A stretch of DNA of 63,107 nucleotides, counting the filler, from Neolecta irregularis DAH-3 (taxonomy: Eukaryota): the NCBI GenBank assembly GCA_001929475.1. It is 13 parts of 13 records of this genome, joined end to end, with 100 filler letters (N's around TTAATTAATTAA, not from the genome) between each part and the next. Parts side by side here need not be neighbours in the genome. Positions count along the whole stretch, not along the records: positions 12,005 to 16,861 come from LXFE01001305.1; positions 16,962 to 25,204 come from LXFE01001306.1; positions 25,305 to 31,418 come from LXFE01001310.1; 10 more parts are not named here. One strand, 5' to 3'. Shown here in pieces: positions 12,934 through 27,018 of this stretch. A program made the position numbers and the translations under genes. The notes beneath the pieces are model-generated. The model was not told the origin of the DNA. It worked only from the letters and a program-made list of their open reading frames with translations, and did no database searches. The stretch's first letter is position 1, and each line of letters starts with the position of its first letter.

Positions 12934-15900
12934 TCACAGATTCATCTTTTCTAAAGACGATATTACAGCATTTAAAGAGTCAATTTGCTTTTCAAATTCT
13001 TGAAACTTTTCTTCGTTCCCTGCTCTGACATCTGCTGGCACTTTCTTCTCGTAATCTGCAGTCTCCACAACCTTCTTTAACTGTTGATGCGAACTCTGAA
13101 GTTTGGCGATCTACTATGTAAGAACAGCTGATTACTCAAGCGGTACCTTGATCTTGGCCTTTGAAATTTCTGCAGGGATATCTGCATGACCTTTTACCAA
13201 TAACGAGACACTGCATGTTCCGGAAATAGTATTGATAGCACATCCTTCGGGAGGTGTGGAATATTCTATCACAGAAACATCATTACATCCCTTGACTAAT
13301 GACATGACTGTATTGCATTGCTGTTTGATAATTGAAGAAATTTTTGGTTCGGTGGTTTGAACATATACTTTATATCAGCCAACTAGCAGCGAACTAGAAT
13401 AATACCTTGAGCGTTGATGAGCACATTGTATTCGCTCATTAAAGATCGCGAGGCTTTGACTATTGAAAATACCAAATCAAAACCAGCCTCTGCAGAAGCA
13501 TCCTCTAATCCTGCTTCATAAATGGGGTACTTTGAAAGCATTATCGTTGGGATGCCATCATTGGGTCGACGGGGCAGACGTTGCCAAAGTTCTTCGGTAA
13601 CATATGGCATGAATGGATGTATAAGTTTCAACGCGCCGTCAAGTGCAGTGTACAGTGTGTCTTGTGCCGATCGAGTTTGTTCGGGATTATCTGCATTCAT
13701 CAAAGACTTGGAATTTTCCTAGTCATTAGTGTGCTACCTGAAATTTGATAGGTACAATATAAACATCGCAGAGTTCGTACAGCCAATAGTTGTAGATTGC
13801 ATCGGTTGCAAGGCGGAAATTTCGTTCCTCGAGAGCTTTATTCACAATATCGGCAGCTTTGTTAAGTTTGTGCAAGATCCAACGTTCGCTGAGGGATTCC
13901 TTGCCTGTTCTCTAAACTATGAGATGCGTGCCAAAGACCTTGAAAATACTTTTCCAGAAGCACGAGGAACAAATCCTTCCTCAAATTTCAATAGTGCAAA
14001 CTTGGTAGCATTGTATATCTTGTTACAAAACTTTCGATAACCTTCAACTCGGAGAATATCAAGATTGATATCCCGGCCTGTGGTGATCAATGAATGAATA
14101 ACGATATGGAAAACCCAACCTCCGCTAGAGTACGCACAAAGTGTAAACCGCATGGCATCCGTTCCACATCGCGGGATTCCATTAGGATAGCTCAGTTTTT
14201 GTCCCTTTTTCGCCTTCTCCAATTCTCTGGGATCGAGGTTTCCTCCCATCAATTTCTTATGAAGTTCTTCAAGTGAAATTCCTCGAGAAACATCCAGCGG
14301 ATCAATGACATTTCCAAGACTCTTTGACATTTTTCGACCTTGAGCATCACGAATAATAGAATGACAGTAAACCTCGTTGAAGGGTACTTTTCCGGTGAGT
14401 TTGATACCAAGCATAACCATTCGAGCAACCCAGAAAAAAAGGATATCCCATCCAGTTTCTAGCATTGATGTCGGATAGAATTTAGAAAAGTCAGCTGTCT
14501 AGACATATTAACATAAGTACAGCAGATTACCAAACTTGTTTTGGCCAACCCAAAGTTGAGAAAGGCCACAGCCCGGAAGAGAACCACGTATCGAGAACGT
14601 CTTCGTCTTGTTCCAACGTGAACTTTTTCCCTGAGAACTGCGCTTCGGCCTTCTTCTGAGCTGCTTCAAGTGTACGACCTGAGATCCAAAATTTACCATC
14701 ACTCCGCTAAAATGTTACTTGTGACTGGACAAGAATAATACATCATTCTTTTCGCCTTCAATGTTGACAAAGTACACTGGAGCACGATGACCCCACCAAA
14801 GCTGCCTTGAGATACACCAATCATCAATATTCTCAAGCCATCGATAAAAATCTCGTTCTGATACTTTTGGTGCAATTTTGATTTCACCATTTGAGACAGC
14901 CTGACAATTAATTCAGCAGTCATAGTGTAGGCATACATCCAAAGCGGCCTTGGCCATTGACTTTTGATCTACCCACCACTGAGGTTTCATAATTGGCTCA
15001 ATAATATCATTGGTTTTTCCACATCTGGGTATCTTCATAGGGTTATCTTTCTGATCCACAAATAGATTCAGTTCTTTTAATTTCTCTACGACAGATCGCC
15101 TTGCGTGGAATCGCTTGACACCAGCCCATTCTCCAGCATTTTTGTTAAGAGTTCCATCGTCGTTCATGATGTTTATGAATTCGAGATTATGTCGCTTGCC
15201 TACTTCGTAATCGTTTGGATCGTGGGCAGGTGTGATTTTAACTGCACCAGATCCAAACTCTTTGTCAACAATGATATCATCGGCAATAATAGGTATCGAG
15301 CGGTTGACAAAAGGATGAAGAGCTTTTTTGCCTATTAGATGTTTATAACGTTCGTCTGTCGAATGAACCGCAATGGCAGTATCTCCAAACATTGTTTCTG
15401 GCCTTGTAGTAGCAACGACAATATATCCACCATCTTCAAGCTTATATTTGAAAGAGGTGAGTACTCCGACTTTGACAAGTTCACCATCGTAACCGGGTAC
15501 TTGTGTAAGCTTCTGCCCAGTGACTTCTTCCTGCTCGACTTCGAGATTGGATAAAGTAGTGTTCAAGTGCGTACACCAATTTACTAATCGATTTGCACGA
15601 TAGATAATGCCCTCTTCGTGAAGAACGACAAAAGTTTCAACTACAGCACGAGATAAATTCTCGTCCATCGTGAATGCCTCACGAGACCAATCGAAAGATC
15701 CTCCTAGTCGTTTCAGCTGATCGGTAATACGCTCATGATATCTAACTCATCAATATGGGCAAGTTTGAATCGTACTCTTCTTTCCATTTCCAAACAAGGT
15801 CAATGAATGGTCCTCTGCCGTAGTCATGCCTTGTTTTTTTATCTTGATACCAAATCTTTTTCTCAACTACGCTTTGAGTGCTAATGCCGGCGTGATCGAA

Positions 15901-16677
15901 ACCAGGTAGATAAAGTACGGTCTTTCCAAGCATTCGATTCCTTTAATTATTCAGTGACCTACAATGAATATACCATCGTATAAGCGAATCTTGAATAGCG
16001 ACAGTCAAAGCATGACCCATATGTAATGCCCCGGTAACATTTGGAGGTGGAGCTGTAATTACAAACGATCCTTCAGGTCGAATCTCTCCGTTGTCTGCGA
16101 ATTGTGGTTGAAAGAACCCGCTTTTCTCCCACCAGTCATACCAAGCAGACTCCACAACTTCCGGATTGTAGGATCTAACAGCATGATTCTCGAGGTCTTG
16201 AAGAACTGATATAATCAGACTTGAACATCAAAGTTGTTGTACCCTTTTTATCTCCAGGTTTAGTTCGCTCTTGATATATAAACTCCGATTGTTCTTCTTT
16301 CATGATACTCTTTTTTATTTTTTTATTTGACGCATCACCTTTGGAGGCGTTAATCTGAATGATTCAATCCCACAGGTATAAAATATCCCCTCATACTTTC
16401 TCTTTTGCCTCGTGCTTTGCCAAGAATTTTATCTTTTTCTCGGCCTTTTTCCTTTCTTTTTCCACTGAGAATGATTAAAAACGGTACATTGGCCTGATAA
16501 CTCACGCTCTTTCACTGATTTCCCACAGTCTTGGACTTGCGATTCCCTAGCATTGATAACTTGTGGCTGACCTTGAGGCACAGATGGAACACGAGGAGCG
16601 GTGGACTCTGTCATCTCGGTGATTAAAATATTCGTTGCTCTGGGGAAATTTGGTGGTGAAGGATCCTCTGCCACCAT
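12934..16677 (-). CDS. VAS1: Valyl-tRNA synthetase, many introns (start at 16677 or 16614)
   Basis: [14 protein letters not shown] (HIGH motif), [60 protein letters not shown] at 12934-12936. Confidence 0.97.
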
Positions 16678-18132
16678 CTTTCAACATCCGATCACTGATA
16701 TTTTCTTATCTCCTGAATATCCAATCATTTCATTTAGTCTGAGGCATTCGCTATCTTTCTCTAACTAAAACATCCCAACTCTCTAAATTTTGCAATATTC
16801 AAGTCTGAAACTATGCTCCAAATTACTCTAATGTCTTTTTTTCAGATCTCTAGTTCAGTGTNNNNNNNNNNNNNNNNNNNNNNNNNNNNNNNNNNNNNNN
16901 NNNNNTTAATTAATTAANNNNNNNNNNNNNNNNNNNNNNNNNNNNNNNNNNNNNNNNNNNNCTATTATATAGTTCCTTAAATGACCGTTAAACTAATAAC
17001 ATATCCACGTCATATGTAAGAACCTATATTCTTACAATAGTAATGCCAAAGGTCGGGGAGCCAACTTGATAGGAAAGCTGATATCATTTTCGGCATATGA
17101 CACCAACATCAGGATTGAGTAAACGAGACAAGTCAAAGGGTGGAACGAAAACGTTCCGCGTCCAGATGTGCTCTCCTGGATTGGTAGAACGCCGTTGGTC
17201 CGTTGCGTTATGCGCACTCCAGGCCGGATCCCGCCTGTTCCGTTCCGCTGCTGCACTCTACTTTTCTTGGCATTTTACACCTAAATGTTGGAGGTTCTGT
17301 CTCAATCACCCCTGTTACGAGTGATAAACACATGTTTAATGCTTCCTGGTAGGAAAAGAAATTTACACATATATATCTCATTTAGTTCCTATGTATTTTA
17401 TTGTGGTGACATTCAGTTATGCGCCCGGCTGGTCGTGCAAATTGTTGCATCCAGTTTCCGTTGAAAGAACTGGGGCAGTATGCGATACTTCCCATTTTCT
17501 CGTCCGGAAAAGCCAATTAAATATCCTGTCTCGAATTAAGGATATCCCATTCTCCCCCAGGGAATCTTTACGGTGATGGCCTCAACTACCGGATTAGAAT
17601 TTAAAGCTTTAAAAAAGGCTCCAAGTAACTCAGGACATCTCGTTGAATCTCATCACCTCGAGAAAAGATTTTATGGAAATTTCATTTTGAGTAGTTTAAA
17701 GCTATATAAAGTATAATTTCTTTTTAAGCGTCTTTTCGGCAAAAGCTGTATGATCAAGGTTATGAAGAACTTGCCTGATATTTTACTCAGTTGTCTCACA
17801 TGGCATTGTTGACGAGTCTCTGATATCTCGAGACGAGAATATAGATAGCTATACCTTGGCTTGAATAGAATCCATAGTTCCACTCGAGACAATGCACATG
17901 GATCTGGGCCATAATGATAGCAAGACTAGATACCAAGTTTACATTGGGTACATTGCCCGTTATTGGAATACAATCGCGATGAACATTCAGAACGAACACA
18001 ATGCCAAGATTTGTGTCTAACTCGGTTTCTGCTTGTCTTTTTATCTTGTGGTATCTTTTTGCATATGACGTCACTTATATAACATTTCTACTGAAAGCAA
18101 GTGGGGTTTTTGTTTTGTCAACGACCGCCAAA

Positions 18133-19774
18133 ATGGTCACTCACAAACTGTTTCGTTCGTCAATTCGCACCATGAGTTCCTATACAAAATTTAACATCCG
18201 CCCAAAGCCAGATAAGGTCTTAACTGACATAGCTGCATATGTTCATTCTCCATTATTTATCCCAAGTCAATTGGCCTACGATACGGCTCATCTATGTCTG
18301 CTGGATAGTCTCGGTTGTGGATTGGCGAGTCTGAAATTTTCCGAGTGTACGAAACTTCTGGGACATTTTGTTCCTGGTACTATTGTACCCAATGGGACAA
18401 AGGTTCCAGGAACAGGAGATCAAATGGATCCTGTCAGAGGTGCCTGGAACATCGGAACCATGATCCGTTGGTTGGATTTCAATGACTGTACGTTAATCGG
18501 CATCTCAGCGTATCAGTTAATGGTTCAGGTTGGTTGGCTGCTGAATGGGGCCATCCCAGTGACAATCTGGGTGGAATTCTGTGTGTTCCCCAGTTCAGCT
18601 TTGTCTCATTCTAGAGCCGTCGCCGATTGGTTATCCCGAACAAATAAAGGGAGCGTAGGACCTTCTTTCACGATCAAAGACGTGCTAAGTGTGGTGTTTC
18701 CTTTCAGTCTAATCTTATGTGTAGCCGCCATGATTCAAGCACATGAAATTCAGGGCTGTTTAGCCCTCGAGAACTCCTTCAACAGAGTCGGATTAGACCA
18801 TGTCGTCCTCGTGAAAGTAGCCTCAACCGCTGTAGTTTCAAAAATGCTCGGTCTTTCTGAATCTCAAACCACAGACGCTATCTCCCAGGTATAACAATCA
18901 ACACCTTACCGTCCTTATCATCAAGGCATTTGTTGACGGACAATCCCTCCGAACATATAGACATGCACCCAATACTGGATCTCGAAAATCATGGGCAGCA
19001 GGTGATGCCACTGCCCGAGCTGTGCAACTCGCCCTCATGGTTCAAAAGGGCGAAATAGGCCTTCCATCAGTTCTTACCGCGCCAACCTGGGGCTTCTATG
19101 ATGTCCTCTTTAATAAGCAGCCGTTTCAATTCCAACGGGACTACGGCGACTACGTAATGTCTAATATTCTCTTTAAAATATCGTACCCTGCAGAATTTCA
19201 TGCTCAAACAGCTGTTGAAGCCGCCCATAAAGTTTACGCAAGCTTGGGAATGCTTGGTAAATCAGCAGCCGAAATTATTCATGTTGAAATAAAAACCCAA
19301 AATGCAGCGATTCGAATTATCGATAAGACGGGTCCACTGCACAATTATGCTGATAGAGATCACTGCATTCAATATATGGTCGCAATACCTCTGCTACATG
19401 GTCGCCTCACCGCAGAGGATTATTCGGATGCCGTTGCATCTGATCCTCGAGTTGATGAGCTGCGAGAGAAAATGGTTTGTGTTGAAGAGCAAAGATATTC
19501 TATTGACTATCTTAACCCGGAGCTGCGAAGTATTGGAAACAAATTGACTGTCACATTGAATGATGGTACTGTTATCGAAGAGGAGGTCGAATATCCTGTG
19601 GGTCATCGATTGAGACGGGATGAAGGGAAGCCATTGCTCTGGAATAAATTTGAACGGCATTTAAAAGCATGGGGTGGCAAAAATTTTGAAAAGATCATCG
19701 AGACGAGCAGAAAGAGGGAAGAACTTGAAGGCTTGGATGTTGATACCTGGGTTGATTTGTGGTGTGAAAAATAA
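18133..19774 (+). CDS. PDH1: 2-methylcitrate dehydratase (PrpD/MmgE family), mitochondrial
   Basis: [57 protein letters not shown]. Basic N-terminal presequence and several short introns. Confidence 0.95.
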
Positions 19775-20031
19775 ATTAGAAGATATGATTACGCACTGAA
19801 GGGAAAGGACGCACTTAATATAAAATCATTCATTTCTCCGCCGGTATGACGGTAGATATGATGGATGAGCCACTCCATCACTATAATGGTACTGAAGGAT
19901 ATACAATTCATTCAGAGGATGGCATATATGAATTCGTTTACATTTGAAAATTTTTGCCAAGGATCACCTGCCTCAAATTGCATTATGCTTCATAATTTGC
20001 TTGTTTCTAGACTCTAAGGAGATCTTCGACT

Positions 20032-21151
20032 CTACCTTTTTGTTTTTCGTGGTTTTGCCCCACCATTTCTTAAAGCCTTTCCCTGAAGAATAACTCGTTC
20101 TTCTCTCAAAACTGCGGGTGTGGCAAAAAGAACAACTCTATCGCCTTCGAAACCATCAAAATTTTCGAGTGCAGTTTCTTTATATTGCGTATCAAACTGC
20201 AAGTAGGCAGGGATAGTATCAAATTGACTCTCAATGGCAAGATGATATGCTTTTCCAAGCAATTCTTCCAGCTTTTTGAATTTAGACTTCCGAGGAGAAA
20301 GGGAGTTTAGCTGAGTAGATATGTTTGTAAGGACTTGTAAAGTTATTGGATTGCTGGATTTTTTAATATCTGTATTTGAAAGACTCCTGGAAAATGTTGG
20401 ACACCAAGTATCGCGATTCCTCGATCTCCCTAAATGTATTGGCTCGGACGAAAAACAGAGAACATATACGTAACCGAGGATTGTGAGCGTCAATGCATGC
20501 TCGTAAATCAATGGTACCACCTCGTTTGAAGTCTCTGGTGAATATCTTTTCAATAAGATAACTCCAAATGAACCCTTGGATAATATAGATTCTCAAATTT
20601 TTCTCTGAACGAATCCTTTTCAAATTGATTTCAGGGCCTGTCGACAAATTGACATAATCAGTAAACTTGGTTTGAAGCCCCGGCTTCAGCAACTTCCGTT
20701 TTGAGGGTTGGCGAGAGAAGGTCTTCTTTGTCCAGTGTTGAATATCGGAAATTAGCAGAGAAAAAACATGCGAGTAGTGACCGTCAGAGTTTTGGTAAGT
20801 TGGTTTGAGAAATTCATTAGTGACGTTATTGGGAAGGTCAAAATGTTCATGAAAGGATGACTTATCCAAGTTTCCTGCCATGGGTTTTTCATTTTCTAGG
20901 AGTATATGCGTCCTTAAACCAACTTTCCCTTTTGATGTAGCAGCTTCTATCTGAGATTGTTCTTGTTTTTGTTGCCATGATTGGTCTTCTAGAAGATTCG
21001 AGCGTGAATTTGCATACGGTATCATTTCTAATGGCTCTAATCCAGATATGATAGTTGTTGCACTAGATTTATGCTGTACATTGAGGGGTGTGGACTCCAT
21101 TCTAGCGTAGAAATGGTTAGATGGTGAGTAAAAGTTGGGAACCAACATCAT
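20032..21151 (-). CDS. Hypothetical protein (spliced; boundaries uncertain)
   Basis: Overlapping 262-aa and 173-aa minus-strand ORFs that a short intron could join. No family recognised. Confidence 0.5.
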
Positions 21152-21979
21152 AGATGGGTCGTATGACTACACGCTCTGCTCACAATATCATTAGGTAAGA
21201 GTAATAAACCACGCTCTTTTGGATCAAACAACTCGATACCTTCTGTTTTTCTGGGAATTTCACAGGCTCTCCAACCACTGTCTCTTGTAAACAGGGTTTT
21301 TAAAAGTGGGAAACCTGCAAGAAAAACACTGGGAAATCAACGGAGGGAAAGCCGAAGGAATGATCATCGAGATAGTGGTAAAGTTTGCATAGTGCAGTGC
21401 GTGAGTGCAAAACAAGATTGGTCATACGCGAACTTGCCAGGTATTAGGTGTAAGAAATGATCTTGGTCACTTTCCCTGTCGATCCTTGATAGTGATAATG
21501 AGGTGTTCTTTCGAACTGTCAATGTGGTCTAAGGACCAATCAGCAATAATGGGCAATATACATAATCAGTCTATAGGATTAGTCATTTGCCCCAAGGTTT
21601 AGTGCGAATTACTACCTAGCACTCAGCACCGAGTAGGAAAACACTACAAATCTCGGTCTTAATGTACTTACTGTAGCAGCAAACGTCATCACCACATAGC
21701 CCAGTTACCTCCCACTAGATACTGCGGTTGCCAATATCAAACGAGATAGGGAAAAGTTTCGTAGGATGGAGAGAATCCCGCTGAAGAGTTGACAGGTCGG
21801 GATCAGCCCTGGTGGATAATGGAAGATAAATTTCTCAAGCTACAAAGCAAATGACTACCTGCGGAAGTAAATACTTTGGCCTCATAGCGGTGTTACGTCA
21901 TTGCTTTAATAAGCGACAGGGAAATGGCGGACATCTGACAATAAGTGTTCTAAACTGCATTCGGTGAAGGAAGGTGGTT

Positions 21980-23025
21980 GTGCCATGTTACTACTACAAG
22001 CTTGACCTATTTTCCACCAAATCTATCCGGTTCTCGTAAGACCATTATCAATTGGTCTGTCGCTTTGACGCACAGACTCACAAGGGAACTTTTGTTTCGT
22101 CAGGAATACGTCATCGCGCTTAAGTATGAAATTTTCTCGAAACTTGCCTACCACATGTTTTGGTTTTAAAGGGTGTTTAAAATTACTTGCTCTGATCACA
22201 GAGAATTTCAGAGTTTGAGTACAAACAATGTTCCAGTTATACCAAACTCTATATGTTACCCGGCAGTCTATAAATCAAACACCTGCGTTGATAAAAATCG
22301 TCTCTCAAGGCGGAGAATTGATCGTAGTTGCTCAAACGCTCATACTCATATCACTGGCTGTGTACTATCTCGTGACAGATGGTACCTGTATATCTATTAA
22401 GGAACGCATCCAACGAATTCTCTACTATGCCCTGAAACCGTAGGTGCTCCTATCAATACCACATTGTCTAATCTTTTTCAGCGAATTCACTGCGTCACCA
22501 TCGCCGATGATCGTGGAAAAGCGAGCTGTTCCAATCCTAACTTTCACCGAAATTCTTCGTCAAGCCGTTCCACCAATTAAAGTCAACATTGTCACTATCA
22601 CAAGGATGACCCATCACCTCTTTTCGATTAATCGAGCCAACTCTGAGGTTCACAAGGCCAAGTCAATATATTGGCTTCTCAACGCTCCTTCGATCACGGC
22701 TTTCACAGAAATCAAGAAGAAATCCAAACTTCCCTCTAATGAACCATCTGGTCCTCATTCCAGGACAGAAAGCAAAGGTCATCAGTCTTCACCAATCGAG
22801 GACAAGAATATGATTCTTCCAATGAGATCTCATGCATACTCAACAAGCTCACCATGCTCTATAATTGGAAGTCCTCTTATCGGTGAAGTTCCGAAAGAAG
22901 AAATCGACACCGATATATCTATTCCGGGACCTCAGGTCCCTTTTGTCCCTCGCCTGAATAATCGTAAATGGCTGAAGAAAGTTTATCTTCCCAAAAAGAC
23001 TGTTAAGCATATCACTGTCGCCTAG
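21980..23025 (+). CDS. Hypothetical multi-exon membrane protein with Ser/Pro-rich C-terminal tail (5' end uncertain)
   Basis: Hydrophobic exon-sized ORFs (e.g. LIVVAQTLILISLAVYYLV) followed by a 193-aa ORF. Confidence 0.4.
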
Positions 23026-23628
23026 TAAGATTTCTTGTTCAATAAGGAAATACAGGTATATCGCAAGCTAGACTAAACGGTTACTGCTTCTGCGTAACTG
23101 AACACATGGGGATATGTTATTGTAAGTAGTCATTTTGGGTTGAAACCTCGACACCTTTATTTACACCCTTTCGGGATCGACAGGAATCAATCATCTTTTG
23201 CAATGCTTTCCAGGTCCTTCTAGAAATTCTAGTCATTGTTTACTCTACATCCATATATTCCGTTCAGTAAATTTCGAATTTTTCAAAAGATCCGTTGGTC
23301 CGTAGATGTTTTGTCTTTGGGATGGTTGATTTTAATTTGTTAAACGATATGAAGGGAAGATTAAATATTTCGAGAAGGAGCTTGCTATCGAGAACCCCGA
23401 ATAATTTCGGGGAATTTCGGGGATGTATCTTTAGGAGGTCTCAGTGACCTCTAAACCCTGTTGCATTTCCTACGTATAATGGGATTGGAACAAGCCTTAA
23501 GTGGAACCTTTACATGCCACCTTCCATGCCGATTTCCTTGGCATCCATCACTGACTCTAGGGGGCCAATAATTTAAGGATTCAGAGAATGAAGTTCTGCA
23601 ACAAAAGATCTATCGCTCGGGAAAATAT

Positions 23629-25065
23629 TCAACTTTCCTTGCCAACGCTCTTTTTAACTTCAGCCCTTCTGGATTGTCCATACAACCATCGATCCAACAT
23701 GGTAGCGATAGTGATAACGCCACCGATAATGGCAACCACCTCCCCCAAAAACCCACCAAAAGTCCCATTACGAACTTCCTTGTTGATGACTCTGATAGGA
23801 CTGATTTCGTACTGGAAGAACAATCCTGGTATACCTCCTCGCGCATGGATGTGAGATGGATCTTCCTCGTCCTTGCCACCGACAAGTGGACGGGAATGAG
23901 AGGTTACGCTGAATTGGTTCGTTTCGAGGGCAGGAGAAGACAGATATTCATATCTTGTCGAGACTGACTTAATGAAATAAATGAATGTATAGGCCGCTGA
24001 GAGGGTTAATGTGTCTTGGAGAGGCATGAATACGGTTATTCGATTTTACTGCTTTCCCATCCAGCGGATTTTTCTGCGCTTCAGGGGGCTGAAGCCCAAA
24101 ACTAAGATGATTTATGGTATGTGAGAAATCATGCTGTGAAGAATCCATGAAAAAACTCTAATTGTCAACTTGAGTATTGACGTTCAATTACTTGGACATC
24201 GTGGATGTGGATGGTATCGGTTAACTCAATATGTCCCGGTGCAATATGAAAATTTCCCTGCACTAATAAGTGAATCATGATAGTCCCAAAATGTATAAAT
24301 ACCTTTATTGACCGTGATTACTCCAGAAATTCGGCATCCCTCTTTCGCTTCTTCCAACATCTTATCTTTATAATGTTCTCTGACGCACTGTTCGATTGCA
24401 TCAACATCTTCAATGGCCCACCCTTTCCGTCTATATCCAGTTCGCACGTCTTCACAGCTGTTACAACAACCACTGCGATGGTTAATTTTACGCCCACAGG
24501 AGAATCGTATACGATTCAGGGGTAAATCCTCCGTAACACGGCCCGCAATAATCGGAATCACTAGTCTCTGTATTCCCAAGTTCTGCACATGTTAACGACG
24601 CTTAATTGAAGGAATTGAGAACAAAGCTTAAAAAAACTGCAAATTGTTATACGTACCATTGATCAGCCCAGCTTTGATTGCACGGCCTTTATCGTCTAAC
24701 CTCGTTTTATGCAACCGATGTGAAACGTCCTGTTGCTGATCACCCGACACGTCCATCACGTCTAAACTCAGAACTATCAAAGTCAGCCGTTTTACCAGTG
24801 GATGAAAATGTAAAACCATACGCGCACAGGGAGCTTTGGGAAGAGTGACATCGAGGTTAATATCGATTTTGTCGCTTCTGCTTTGATCGACAAAGATTTC
24901 TGGGTGGACAATTACACGTCGATAATTGATGAATGACGAGAAGGATAAGATGACAATTATTGCACTGGAAGCCAAAGATAAGATACCGCCAGTATTTGTC
25001 CGTATACGCACATCCTCTGTGGTTTTTGGAAAGAGATCGAGAGTGCGGAAACGTGAACGTAACAT
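23629..25065 (-). CDS. ERV46: ER-Golgi intermediate compartment protein Erv46/ERGIC3
   Basis: LDLFPKTTEDVRIRTNTGG, LSLDVMDVSG, CGPCYG, CCNSCEDVR..Y..KGWA, EGCRISG, PGLFFQYEISPI, and a Lys-containing C-terminus. Confidence 0.93.
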
Positions 25066-25361
25066 ATTTGAAAATATCAGAGGAGGGGTTGACGGAGGTT
25101 AATGTGCCGTTCTCAAAATTTTGGTCGAATGCAACCACTTGGAATTACCGATGCACCCGCCCACTGTCCTCCTCTAGCCGCTGCGGCGCTGCCACGGCGC
25201 GCCGNNNNNNNNNNNNNNNNNNNNNNNNNNNNNNNNNNNNNNNNNNNNTTAATTAATTAANNNNNNNNNNNNNNNNNNNNNNNNNNNNNNNNNNNNNNNN
25301 NNNNAAACTTACGAAAATCTGTCCCACTCAGTGTTCAGCAAGTTTGGTTAACTTCACATAA

Positions 25362-27018
25362 CACTGATAAACATAACCACAAAATAAATTTACAGCGGCC
25401 ACATATGGAATCCCACAGTCCACATTAAGGAGACAAATCCATGACCACACAAATCAATGAATTAGCCACCAAAATCACCAGTGATTGCCACCAACACAGG
25501 AGGAGTTTCTTGTCCAATGGATACTTGAACAAGATATGCAAGGATATCCACCATCACATACTCAGATGAGAGAAATGGCAACAAGAATATTGGTTAGGAA
25601 TGGAGAAGATATTCCCCTTGGACATAAATGGGTTTCCGAGTTTATTCAACAAAATCCACAAATATCTTCCTGTATCGGTAGGCTTATTGAAGCTTCTCAA
25701 ATCCAAAATACCAATCCAGAGATAGTTCAATAGTTTTTCAATAGATTTGAACAAGTTCAACATTACCATCATATACAACAACAGAATATATGGAATATGG
25801 ATGAAACTGGTATTGCACTTGGTGTTTGTACAAATTACCAAGTGCTTGCAAGTTCAGCTAAGAAGCATACCTTTGTCAAATCACCTCAAAATCGGGAGTG
25901 GGTATCTATTGTTGAAACAGTTTCAGCCACTGGAATATTTATTTGACCATTAATTATTTTCAAAGGAAAAGACTCTCAATCATCTTGGTTTCAAGACCAA
26001 GAAATACCTGATTGGGTCTATACTACTTTAGAGAATGGCTGAACTTCAAATTGAGTAGCAATCAATTGGCTTAAGGATATATTTGTTCCAGAAACCAAGG
26101 CACCAAATGGCAAGAAATGACTTCTACTTATGGATGGACATGGCAGCCATATCAGTACTGAGTTCGCATGGATTTGCAAGCAGAATGATATTTATCTTCT
26201 CTTTTTACCAGCACATTCATCTCATGTTTTGCAGCCTTTGGATTTGTCCTGTTTTTCACATTTGAAGCCAGGATACAGAAAACAAATCTCTGAACTTGCC
26301 TATCTTGATGATTCAGCTCCAATTAAGAAAAAACAGTTTATTCAATGCTATCATCTTGCAAGGCAGGAGTCATTTACTGAACAGGTTATTCGTGGTGGCT
26401 GGAAATCCACTGGTTTATTTCCTTGGAACCTGGCTAAAGTCATTGGATCATCCCAAGTAAAGAATCAACCAAATGTTCCACCAACCACTCCACAAGCTCA
26501 GCGATTCCGAAATTCACTAGATATCAACCTTTGTCATACCCCTGAAAGGCCTCAACAAATGTATTTTGCTATGCAAAGCTTAAATAAGCAGCAAAAATTA
26601 ACTCGGGGGCATAGGATTCTTTTGGGAAAAGCTGGGAAGGCAATTGGACAGCTTAATACTCAACTAGCTCTGCAAGAATCGGTTATTAAACAGCAGAAAT
26701 CGATTATAAATCAGCTCCAGGATAAGAAGTCAAGGAAAAGGGTATCAATTGACCCAAATAGCCGATTTGCGAATATTGAAAATATTCAAGAGGTGATTAA
26801 TGAAGTAACTCAACAAAGGGCGAAATTGGTAGCTAGAGCACCAGAATTAGAAGCTAAAAAAAGGGCAAAGGCATTGCAAAGAGCTAGTATTGATATCTGC
26901 ATGTTTGAATGGCAGTCAAACTTTGAATAGAACATTGGGAAGACGAATATATGACATGCGATTTTTCTTTTTGGGTGGCCGGTTCACAGTGGTAGCCGTT
27001 TCATCGCCACCCATCTTA
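25362..27018 (+). mobile_element. Decayed pogo/Fot1-like DNA transposon (CENP-B HTH + DDE_1 transposase pseudogene)
   Basis: YGIPQSTLRR HTH, WNMDETG, IIFKGK, MDGHGSH, LPAHSSHVLQPLDLSCF. Multiple stops and frameshifts. A GC-rich TIR-like segment lies near 26970-27018. Confidence 0.88.
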
